From Macrostomum lignano (taxonomy: Eukaryota): a stretch of 33,397 nucleotides of DNA. Shown here in pieces: positions 1 through 24,500 of this stretch. A program made the position numbers and the translations under genes. The notes below the pieces were generated by a model that saw nothing but the letters and a program-made list of their open reading frames with translations, searched no databases and had not been told where the DNA came from. Location of the stretch: contig NIVC01003012.1 in assembly GCA_002269645.1 (NCBI GenBank), positions 1-33,397 of the forward strand. Reading direction: 5' to 3'. Within the stretch, counting starts at the first letter, position 1; every line of letters starts with the position of its first letter.

Positions 1-730
1 TTAAGGAATAGAATGGATTGCTAATCTAGCCTACATCAATAAAGGAATAGAATGGATTGCTAATCTAGCCTACATCAGTGATTAAGGAATAGAATGGATT
101 GCTAATCTAGCCTACATCAGTGATTAAGGAATAGAATGGATTGCTAATCTAGCCTACATCAATAAAGGAATAGAATGGATTGCTAATCTAGCCTACATCA
201 GTGATTAAGGAATAGAATGGATTGCTAATCTAGCCTACATCAGTGATTAAGGAATAGAATGGATTGCTAATCTAGCCTACATCAATAAAGGAATAGAATG
301 GATTGCTAATCTAGCCTACATCAGTGATTAAGGAATAGAATGGATTGCTAATCTAGCCTACATCAGTGATTAAGGAATAGAATGGATTGCTAATCTAGCC
401 TACATCAGTGATGAAGGAATAGAATGGATTGCTAATCTAGCCTACATCAATGATGAAGGAATAGAATGGATTGCTAATCTAGCCTACATCAGTGATGAAG
501 GAATAGAATGGATAGCTAATCTAGCCTACATCAGTGATTAAGGAATAGAATGGATTGCTAATCTAGCCTACATCAGTGATTAAGGAATAGAATGGATTGC
601 TAATTTAGCCTGCATCAGTGAAGGAATAGAATAGATTGCTAATCTAGCCTACACCAGTGAAGGAATAGAATGGATTGCTAATCTAGCCTACATCAGTGAA
701 GGAATATAATGGATTGCTAATCTAGCCTAC
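1..730. repeat. Minisatellite, 39/42-bp unit (AAGGAATAGAATGGATTGCTAATCTAGCCTACATCAGTGATT), truncated by window start
   Basis: Directly visible tandem copies; unit spacing read as 39,42,42,39,42,42,39,42,42... Confidence 0.97.
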
Positions 731-1689
731 CAAAAAACAATAAAAACAGAGCTCTGCTTACAAGTTCTCAATGACAGAAAAATCCCAACATCAAAAACAG
801 TTGCTGGCTCTGCCGGTCAGCCCGGCGGAGGCCCACCGCCCTTATTTTGATGCCCCGTCGGCAGGCCCGTCTCTGGCAGGGCGCAGGCAGCTCAAACCCC
901 CCTCCTCCAGGAGAAAGCCGGGCAAAAAATCTGTCAGCCCCGCCGGCCTGATAACTCTGATGAAGGCGGGCGGCCACGTGAAAAAAATAAAAAGGAACTA
1001 ATAATCGCTTTAGGGCGAAGATGTCAACACCGCCATCTCTCCCTGTCTCTTTCGCACTCTAATTCTTCCCCAGGGCGGGATGGCGCGGCCTCATCCACCT
1101 CCCGCAGCCTCCCAAGAAAGATAGTTCCCACTTTCATGCTCTCACCGCCAGATCCCCTTGGGTCAAAATCCCCTTTGACTCCCTTCCCCGAGCTTATCCG
1201 CTTCCTGAGCGCCTCGGTTGTCCATTTCTAAGACTTCTCTCATCCTCTCTTCCTCTCTCCGCTTCGACTCTCCGCCTCATTTACTCACCTCATGCTCGGC
1301 ACATTCTGAGCTGGCTATATAGTAGTAAGTAGCATAACAGTAGTATGCGTGCGAGTGTCTATTGTCGATTGGAAAATTGAATTGCCGGCCGCGCACAGGC
1401 CCGGTGCGGCTGGCCCAGCTAATTAACGTGAGCCAAGAATGTGCGAGAGGGAAAGAGGGGGCTTAGGGGGGGGGGGTTGGGGCGCGCCTTGGTAAGAGCT
1501 TGGGACTGTGTGAGTGTGACGAAGTTTCATGGCGTGTTTTACTCTCTGGCTGTGCTGGCGTGCTCAAGTATGAGGAAGTGAGGAAGGAATTTCAATGATA
1601 GTTTTTTGAAATCTTTGCGATTTCACTTCTCCTTTCTTGTTACTTATTTACACATATCAGACTTTTCTCTCGCCGTATACTTGGATTAT

Positions 1690-2394
1690 CTCTTTCTCAT
1701 GCTTACTCTTTCTCATGCTTACTATTTCTCATGCTCACTCTTTCTAATGCCCACTCTTTCTCATGCTCACTCTTTCTAATGCTCACTCTTTCTAATGCTC
1801 ACTCTTTCTAATGCTCACTCTTTCTAATGCTCTCTTTCTAATGCTCACTCTTTCTAATGCTCACTCTTTCTAATGCTCACTCTTTCTAATGCTCACTCTT
1901 TCTCATGCTCACTCTTTCTAATGCTCACTCTTTCTAATGCTCACTCTTTCTAATGCTCACTCTTTCTAATGCTCACTCTTTCTCATGCTCACTCTTTCTA
2001 ATGCTCACTCTTTCTCATGCTCACTCTTTCTAATGCTCACTCTTTCTAATGCTCACTCTTTCTCATGCTCACTCTTTCTAATGCTCACTCTTTCTCATGC
2101 TTACTATTTCTCATGCTTACTATTTCTCATGCTCACTCTTTCTAATGCCCACTCTTTCTAATGCTCACTCTTTCTAATGCTCACTCTTTCTCATGCTCAC
2201 TCTTTCTAATGCTCACTCTTTCTCATGCTCACTCTTTCTAATGCCCACTCTTTCTAATGCTCACTCTTTCTAATGCTCACTCTTTCTCATGCTCACTCTT
2301 TCTAATGCTCACTCTTTCTCATGCTCACTCTTTCTCATGCTCACTCTTTCTAATGCCCACTCTTTCTCATGCTCACTCTTTCTCATGCTCACTC
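1690..2394. repeat. 16-bp minisatellite (ATGCTCACTCTTTCT[A/C])n
   Basis: About 44 visible tandem copies; explains ORFs 2257-2451 and 2289-2534. Confidence 0.96.
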
Positions 2395-2732
2395 CCTATC
2401 TCATCCATTCTGCTTCTCGGGCTCCCCTTTTTTCCTTTTCTTTTGGCCTGATTTTTTTAAATTCTCTCTCCCCCCCCTCCTTGCCAATTTCCACCAATAT
2501 GCTACAAACTTCTAGAAGCAGAAATACGAAATAATCACGAGGCTGAAGAAAAAATCTGCTTTCGCCACCCGATTGAATCAGCCTGCCGGATTAGAAATCG
2601 GTGGCAAAATCAGGCCTGAGGGTAGAGCGGAGATGCGGGAGGAAGCATCATAGATGCCCTCCTGCCAGCTAAGAGCAATGGGGGCCTCCGTTGTAAAGTG
2701 CAATTTGCAGATACCCAGATACCCAGATACCC

Positions 2733-3985
2733 AGACAGACACTAAAACAGGCACTAAGACAGACACTAAGACAGACACTAAAGACAGGCATTAAGACAGG
2801 CACTAAGACAGGCACTAAGACAGGCACTAAAACAGACACTAAGACAGACACTAAGACAGGCACTAAGACAGACACTAAGACAGACACTAAAGACAGGCAT
2901 TAAGACAGGCACTAAGACAGGCACTAAGACAGGCACTAAGACAGGCACTAAGACAGGCACTAAGACAGGCACTAAGACAGGCACTAAGACAGACACTAAG
3001 ACAGACACTAAAGACAGGCATTAAGACAGGCACTAAGACAGGCACTAAGACAGGCACTAAGACAGGCACTAAGACAGGCACTAAGACAGGCACTAAGACA
3101 GGCACTAAGACAGGCACTAAGACAGACACTAAAGACAGGCACTAAGACAGACAATGAGACAGACACTGAGACAGGCACTAAGACCGACACTGAGACAGGC
3201 ACTAAGACAGGCACTAAGACCGACATTAAGACAGACACGAAGACAGGCACTAAGACAGACACTGAGACAGGCACTAAGACAGGCACTAAGACAGGCACTA
3301 AGACAGGCACTAAGACAGGCACTAAGACAGGCACTAAGACAGGCACTAAGACAGACACTGATGCAGGCACTGAGACAGGCACTAAGACAGACACTGAGAC
3401 AGGCACTAAGACAGGCACTAGGACAGGCACTAAGACAGACACTGAGACAGGCACTAAGACAGACACTGAGACAGGCACTGAGACAGGCACTGAGACAGAC
3501 ACTGAGACAGGCACTAAGACAGGCACTGATGCAGGCACTGATGCAGGCACTAAGACAGGCACTAAGACAGACACTAAGACAGGCACTAAGACAGGCACTA
3601 AGACAGGCACTAAGACAGGCACTAAGACAGGCACTAATACAGGCACTAAGACAGACACTGAGACTGACACTAAAGACAGGCACTAAGACAGACACTGAGA
3701 CAGGCACTAAGACAGGCACTGAGACAGACACTAAGACAGGCACTAAGACAGGCACTAAGACAGACACTGATGCAGGCACTAATACAGGCACTAAGACAGA
3801 CACTGAGACAGGCACTAAGACAGGCACTGAGACAGACACTGATGCAGGCACTAATACAGGCACTAAGACAGGCACTAATACAGGCACTAAGACAGGCACT
3901 AAGACAGGCACTAAGACAGGCACTAAGACAGACACTGAGACAGGCACTAAGACAGACACAGAGACACGCACTAAGAAACACTAAG
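2733..3985. repeat. 12-bp minisatellite (GACAGGCACTAA)n with block structure
   Basis: About 100 visible copies; the VLVP/RQAL/SACL/TKTG ORFs are its translations. Confidence 0.97.
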
Positions 3986-4280
3986 GAACAAAACCTTAAG
4001 TCAGTTAGTTTCTGCCTAATTCTATAAAAAGAACAGCAGAAAGGGAATTGTGTCATGTTTATGAGAAGTGTTAGACAGACTGTCCTCAGGGCTGCAGTCT
4101 GATCAACATCTGGCATTTTAGAAGAGAAAATCCTACCTCATTAGACTTGGAATGGGCCTATTTTTACTTAAGTAAATAGAAACAGATGGAAGCAACTTTA
4201 TTGGCAGGTGAAATGTGCGCAAACCAGTGCTTAAAACTGAAATCGACAGGTCTATTCTGAAAAAACTTTGACATTTCTGG

Positions 4281-4281
<1 letters not shown>

Positions 4282-4367
<86 letters not shown>

Positions 4368-4409
4368 ATTTGTTAGTTAGTTAGTTAGTTAGTTAGTTAG
4401 GTAGTTAGT

Positions 4410-4467
<58 letters not shown>

Positions 4468-4468
4468 C

Positions 4469-4520
<52 letters not shown>

Positions 4521-4521
4521 A

Positions 4522-4566
<45 letters not shown>

Positions 4567-4571
4567 CAGTC

Positions 4572-4605
<34 letters not shown>

Positions 4606-4635
4606 CTAGTTAGTTAGTTAGTTAAGTTAGTTAGT
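4282..4635. repeat. (TTAG)n tetranucleotide microsatellite
   Basis: Directly visible. Confidence 0.98.
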
Positions 4636-4755
4636 CTGCTCGCAGTTACTTCAATAAAGCGAATCAAATTTACTGGACACCCTACTTAGGAAGTACTTCA
4701 GTAGTGCAGTCAGTTTAAACTCAAAGTAGCTTGATGCAACATTTATTAACTTCAG

Positions 4756-18020
<13,265 letters not shown>

Positions 18021-18260
18021 CTAAATTCTAACCAAATCTTGATGGTTAAACGCTTTACCGCTTCAGATTAGATGTATTGTGCAGTGATATACTCTATTTA
18101 AAAGTTCTACAACAGGTAGAATTTAATTGGCACAAGCTGTTTAAGCTTTGAAACGAATAGGTGTGCCACTCGTGCCACGATAAAAGTTTGACGTTGGATG
18201 GCTACATAATTTAGAGAAGTCACAGATCACAAAGTGACTGGCAAGACTTTTCGAGCTTGT

Positions 18261-18429
18261 CAGTGGCGGTGCAGGGGGGGGGGGGGGGGGGCTGTAGCCC
18301 CGGGTGACCACCTCTTTAACAAAAAATTCTTAAAGTATGCACTAGGCCACGAGAATTTTTTTTCTCGTGGGTGGTCACGTGACCACCCAACCACCGCCCC
18401 CCCCCAGTGGAAGTGCTGTGCCGCCACTG
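18261..18429. mobile_element. hAT-superfamily MITE, 169 bp
   Basis: TIRs CAGTGGCGGTGCAG / CTGTGCCGCCACTG; perfect 8-bp TSD GAGCTTGT at 18253-18260 and 18430-18437. An 8-bp TSD with CAG termini is characteristic of hAT. Confidence 0.92.
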
Positions 18430-19714
18430 GAGCTTGTGAAACGCCCCTGCAAAACCTGCAGGTTTTTAATGTTGCTTACTTGTCTGTTTATTTGTTTAGG
18501 CGTAAAATATTTTGCTTTCAAAAACCAGATGAAAAGCAGGGCCCATTTAATTGCTGTCTGTTTGCTTCACTTCCCTTCCTTACCATGGCAATTTGGGGGT
18601 GGGTGGGCTATCGGTATCCCACCCCACAATTCCTACCCCCGTAGGACACCCACCTCACGCACAAACACTACCCCCCCCCAATTTTTAGCTTAGTCGTTTT
18701 GTCTCTGATAGCGGCGCGATAAGAAGGGGACATAATAGCATCGTTTGATATTGATTTAGTCTCGTAATCTGTCTGTCTTCATAATTAATTAGCTCGTGCT
18801 TTGATCAATTTAGTGTTAAAAGTACAAATTATCAGTGTTCAGCCACAGATACTAAAACAACTAGATGACAACTTACATGCATATGCATAGGAAAAGTTTC
18901 TACTTCCAGTTCAGTGGCAAAGAAAAATACATTTAGCTATTTTATAAAAACAAAGCCAACTGGATGACTTTGATAAGTTTACAAGCCCAGCTTTGTAACC
19001 AAACCAAAGCAACTTGCTATTGGTTCAAGAATAATGTACATTAGCCAGCACCACTGGAATGTACATTGCAGCCATAAGGCTGGAACACTGAAGAAGGCAA
19101 TAAAAGTTAGGCGGCGGGCGGGGGCAGAGGTTTTGTGTGCAAAGACGCTGTTGGAGGGTTAGTAGAGGATAAGAGGGTAAAGAGCCAATAAATGAGCCTT
19201 GTGTCATAAAATACAATAAAATGTTTCTGTTTAACATACTACTGAACAGAAAGTAGCTTACACGCAAATGCGCTGGGTGGCTCATCTAGTAGTTATTCTA
19301 GTATCTGTACTTAACTTAATATTCCGGGAGTCATCATATTAGTTATATACAATTATTTATTGACATATTTATGCGCCCATTCGCACGAAATCGTCGATAG
19401 ACTGATATAATTTTATTATAACCGTATAAACAAGATATGTTTCCCGGCTAAATCTGTGTATGCTCGTATTCCTTAATAATCTAAGTCTGATTAGTCTTGT
19501 CTCCGTTGTAACAATTGCTTGCTTGTCTGTAACTTGCGATGCACAAAACATGTTAATCGTTTGAGCTATCGAACGTAATTTGAAGTCATATTTTATGTAA
19601 TAATTAAACAGAATCGTCTTTGAAATTTCAAATAATTGAAGTGCCAGGTCGTCTGCTGCACTTGCAGATTGTGGGCTTGGATTCAGTTAACGAGAGAGGT
19701 GAGTAGGTGGAATG

Positions 19715-20880
19715 TAATGATGGGATGAGGGTGAGATGCAACGATGGGATGAGGGGTGGGATGCAACGATGGGATGAGGGGTGGGATGCAATGATGGGAT
19801 GAGGGGTGGAATGCAATGATGGGATGAGGGGTGGGATGCAACGATGGGATGAGGGGTGGGATGCAATGATGGGATGAGGGTGGGATGCAAGGATGGGATG
19901 AGGGGTGGGATGCAATGATGGGATGAGGGGTGGGATGCAAGGATGGGATGAGAGTGGGATGCAAGGATGGGATGAGGGGTGGGATGCAAGGATGGGATGA
20001 GGGGTGGGATGCAAGGATGGGATGTTGGGTGGGATGCAAGGATGGGATGTTGTGTGGGATGCAAGGATGGGATGTTGGGTGGGATGCAAGGATGGGATGT
20101 TGGGTGGGATGCAAGGATGGGATGTGTGGTATGCAAGGATGGGATGAGGGTGGGATGCAAGGATGGGATGTGTGGTATGCAAGGATGGGATGAGGGTGGG
20201 ATGCAAGGATGGGATGCTGGGTGGGATGCAAGGATGGGATGAGGGTGGGATGCAAGGATGGGATGTTGGGTGGGATGCAATGATGGGATGAGGGTGGGAT
20301 GCAAGGATGGGATGAGGTTGGGATGCAAGGATGGGATGTGTGGTATGCAAGGATGGGATGAGGGTGGGATGCAAGGATGGGATGTGTGGTATGCAAGGAT
20401 GGGATGAGGGTGGGATGCAAGGATGGGATGTTGGGTGGGATGCAAGGATGGGATGAGGGTGGGATGCAAGGATGGGATGAGGGTGGGATGCAAGGGTGGG
20501 ATGTGTGGTATTCAAGGGTGGGATGTGGGGTATGCAAGGATGGGATGTGTGGTGTATGCAAGGATGGGATGAGGGTGGGATGCAAGGGTGGGATGTGGGG
20601 TATGCAAGGATGGGATGTGTGGTATGCAAGGATGGGATGTGTGGTATGCAAGGGTGGGATGTGGGGTATGCAAGGATGGGATGTGTGGTATGCAAGGGTG
20701 GGATGTGGGGTATGCAAGGATGGGATGTGTGGTATGCAAGGGTGGGATGTGGGGTATGCAAGGATTGGATGTGTGGTATGCAAGGGTGGGATGTGGGGTA
20801 TGCAAGGATGGGATGTGTGGTATGCAAGGGTGGGATGTGGGGTATGCAAGGATGGGATGTGGGGTATGCAATGATGGGGG
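19715..20880. repeat. G-rich 22-25-bp minisatellite (GGGATGAGGGTGGGATGCAAGGAT / GGGATGTGTGGTATGCAAGGAT) between the convergent gene ends
   Basis: Directly visible; source of the HPCIP/MQGWD ORFs. Confidence 0.96.
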
Positions 20881-20983
20881 TTAGAGGGCAATTTTAAATT
20901 AACTTCAGTGATCTCCAGAAGAGGAAGAAAAGTCAAACCAGCATCACGTGACCACTTTACGAAATTGCATGCGTATACGTGTA

Positions 20984-20989
20984 TTTATT
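20984..20989 (-). terminator. Candidate polyadenylation signal AATAAA of the protocadherin
   Basis: TTTATT on + strand, ~123 nt downstream of the protocadherin stop. Confidence 0.5.
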
Positions 20990-21111
20990 TACATAGCTTT
21001 GCCAAACTGCCGCAAGAGAAGGACAAATAGCAATATAGAATCAATAATAACTAAATCCTTGCAACAGTTACAGCGCATTCAACTGACATTTTTGCCAGTT
21101 GCGGTCCAGGC

Positions 21112-21557
21112 TCACACGAAGCTGCTAGTCAGGTAGGGACTGCCATAGACATAGCCGCCGCTGCTGCCCAGAGTCCGATGCTGCAGCTGGTGCGCCTGCG
21201 GCGGATGCATTGCAGCCAGCGACATGGACGTCGACATTGTCGGAGCGGCCGCCGCGTTTGCTGCCGGCGTCGCTGACGCAGCTGTCGGTTCGGCTGACGT
21301 GGTCGCCATTGTCGGCACCGTCGTTGATTTCGTCGTCCCTCGACGCTGCGCCGGCTCGGTGGACGGCGGCCGGGCCAGCGATTTGTAGCCGCCTTTGGCG
21401 TCGACGCTCCAACTGGCGTTGAGCGGCGTCGCCCCCGCCGCCGGCGCGCAGGTGCCGGTGAGCACCTGGTAGTCTCCCGCGGCCGGCTGCCGACTGCGCT
21501 GGCGACCCGCCCGCTGCACGGTGCCACCGCAGTCGGCCAGTGTCTGGCAGCGCGCGT
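21112..21557 (-). CDS. Protocadherin terminal coding exon (ends YGSPYLTSSFV, class I PDZ-binding motif)
   Basis: Acceptor cccctaaatctcgcag| (phase 1); GC-rich ORF 21112-21600; TGA at 21114-21112. Confidence 0.85.
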
Positions 21558-24500
21558 CTGCGAGATTTAGGGGCCAAGGGGTTGGGTTTGGGCAGAGCAT
21601 GATAATAAGGGCTCACTAGCTGGCCTGCAGGGCCTTACGACTTAGGAGTTTCAAAAGTAGCTCAAAGTTGGCCACAGCTTCTGAAGCTGAGCGAGAGTCT
21701 GGTGTCGTGGAAAGTTCTGGTTGAAAAACCCATTGAAAACCCAAAAGTTTATCTGCCATTTTTTCTAATTTACGGGTAACATTCTTGCACCTCCATTTTC
21801 TGATTGTTGCGAGGTCGCCTGACAAGGCACCTTTCAAAAGTCTGTCCAGCTCCCTTTCTTTGCCTCTCCCTCCCTCTCTCTCCCTCTCTCCCTCTCTCAC
21901 TTTCTCCCTCTCTCCCTCTCCCTCTCCCTCTCTCCCCCTCTCCCCCTCTCCCCCTCATCCCCTGTCCCTCTCTCCCTCTCACCCTTTTTCCCTCTCTCCA
22001 TCTTTCCATCTCTCCATCTGTCCCTCTTTCCCATCCATCTCTTCCTTTCTCCCCCTTTCTCCCTCTCTCTTTCTCTGTCTTTCTATCTCTCCCTTACTCC
22101 CCCTTTGTTCCTTTCTCTCCCTCTCCCACTCTCCCTCTTCTCTCTCCCTCTTTCTCCCTCTCGCTTTGTCCCTTTCTCTCCCTCTCTCCCTCTCTCCCTC
22201 CCTCTCTCTCCCTCTCTCTCTCTCTCTCTCACTCTCTCCCTCTCACCCTTTTCCCTCTCTCCATCTTTCCATCTCTCCATCTGTCCCTCTTTCTCATCCA
22301 TATCTTCCTTTCTCTTCCTTTCTCTCCCTCTCTCCCTCTCCCTCTCTCCATCTCTTCCTTTCTCTTCCTTTATCCCCCTCTCTCCCCCTTTCTTCCTCTT
22401 TCATCTAGATCATAAAGCCATCATACTTCTGGATAGCCAAGTGGATCAAACAACAGGAACCGCTGATCCGTGGGCATGACACACACAGGGGCTTAGTGTA
22501 CCATCAGTTCTAACTTGTTATCGTCAGGTAGTGTATACACGTTCTGTTGCTTTGGAGCTGACCCTCACGGGCGGTATTGGCACAAGATATGGGTCGAACC
22601 CGGATGTGGAATCGAACCCGGATGTGGAATCGAACCCGGATGTGGAATCGAACCCGGATGTGGAATCGAACCCGGATGTGGAATCGAACCCGGATGTGGA
22701 ATCGAACCCGGATGTGGAATCGAACCCGGATGTGGAATCGAACCCGGATGTGGAATCGAACCCGGATGTGGAATCGAACCCGGATGTGGAATCGAACCCG
22801 GATGTGGAATCGAACCCGGATGTGGAATCGAACCCGGATGTGGAATCGAACCCGGATGTGGAATCGAACCCGGATGTGGAATCGAACCCGGATGTGGAAT
22901 CGAACCCGGATGTGGAATCGAACCCGGATGTGGAATCGAACCCGGATGTGGAATCGAACCCGGATGTGGAATCGAACCCGGATGTGGAATCGAACCCGGA
23001 TGTGGAATCGAACCCGGATGTGGAATCGAACCCGGATGTGGAATCGAACCCGGATGTGGAATCGAACCCGGATGTGGAATCGAACCCGGATGTGGAATCG
23101 AACCCGGATGTGGAATCGAACCCGGATGTGGAATCGAACCCGGATGTGGAATCGAACCCGGATGTGGAATCGAACCCGGATGTGGAATCGAACCCGGATG
23201 TGGAATCGAACCCGGATGTGGAATCGAACCCGGATGTGGAATCGAACCCGGAGGAGTTTTGGCGGCACTTCAACCATTCATCAATGGCGCATGTTATTCC
23301 AATTCCAATGCTCACCAAACGCAGCCAGTCGAGCAATAGTGTCCCGGTCTGCAGTGTAGTGAGACTCCTGAACTGCTGCAGTTGCCTGTTGAACAAAAAG
23401 TTAGTATTGGGTACTCTGCACAGCTGTCAATCAAACGAACGATCATCTTCGTGGGTGACTGCCCGCTCTGTTCCCTACTTAAAACAGCTTTTTTTAGGAA
23501 TTCATTACTAAACCGTCTTCCCAAGAACAAACTTCCCTAATGTTAGCAGATTTCATTCTAGTTCGAGGGGGGTGATTGTTTACTTAGAAAGCACCACTAC
23601 AATTTGTGAGTAGTGGAGAATTGACTGACTGCAATAGCTAGCAAATTTATCCGGTAAACCATCTGTATTACTTTTCATAAGTAGTTATTGATTGATGCAA
23701 TACGCTCGTATATATAATCGACATATAATCGACATGTTTGGCCACAGACTGTTTAGAGTGGAGTGGGGTGGGTGTGGCAGGGTTAGGGGTATAGGAATGT
23801 AGTGATGTACATGCTTGGTCACAGACTGTTTAGAGTGGAGTGGGGTGGGTGTGGCAGGGTTAGGGGTATAGGAATGTAGTGATGTACATGCTTGGTCACA
23901 GACTGTTTAGAGTGGAGTGGGGTGGGTGTGGCAGGGGTAGGGGTATAGGAATGTAGTGATGTACAAGCTTGGTCACAGACTGTTTAGAGTGGAGTGGGGT
24001 GAATGTGGCAGGGGTAAGGGTATAGGAATGTAGTGATGTACATGCTTGGTCACAGACTGTTTAGAGTGGAGTGGGGTGGGTGTGGCAGGGGTAAGGGTAT
24101 AGGAATGTAGTGATATACATGCTTGGTCACAAACTGTTTAGAGTGGAGTGGGGTGGGTGTGGCAGGGGTAGGGTATAGGAATGTAGTGATGTACATGCTT
24201 GGTCACAGACTGTTTAGAGTGGAGTGGGGTGAATGTGGCAGGGGTAAGGGTATAGGAATGTAGTGATGTACATGCTTGGTCACAGACTGTTTAGAGTGGA
24301 GTGGGGTGAATGTGGCAGGGGTAAGGGTATAGGAATGTAGTGACGTACATGCTTGGTCACAGACTGTTTAGAGTGGAGTGGGGTGGGTGTGGCAGGGGTA
24401 AGGGTATAGGAATGTAGTGATGTACATGCTTGGTCACAGACTGTTTAGAGTGGAGTGGGGTGGGTGTGGCAGGGGTAGGGTATAGGAATGTAGTGATGTA

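Noticed and set aside
1-730. CRISPR-like repeats (~40 bp with partial dyad)
   Set aside because: No unique spacers; head-to-tail satellite in a eukaryotic context
771-1001. 76-aa ATG ORF as first exon of the synaptotagmin-like gene
   Set aside because: No TM segment, no suitable phase-1 donor, ends in a stop
2578-4027. Long ORFs (VLVP, RQAL, SACL, TKTG repeats) as proteins
   Set aside because: Translations of a 12-bp stop-free satellite; no splice or domain support
4282-4635. Interstitial telomeric repeat
   Set aside because: Unit is TTAG, not TTAGGG or TTAGG
19628-20936. His/Pro-rich and MQGWD ORFs up to 417 aa
   Set aside because: Translations of the G-rich minisatellite in several frames on both strands
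22603-23250. CRISPR array or tRNA gene cluster
   Set aside because: Units are contiguous and identical with no spacers and no cas genes; only the T-loop/B-box is present, with no cloverleaf (T-stem has just 2 bp)
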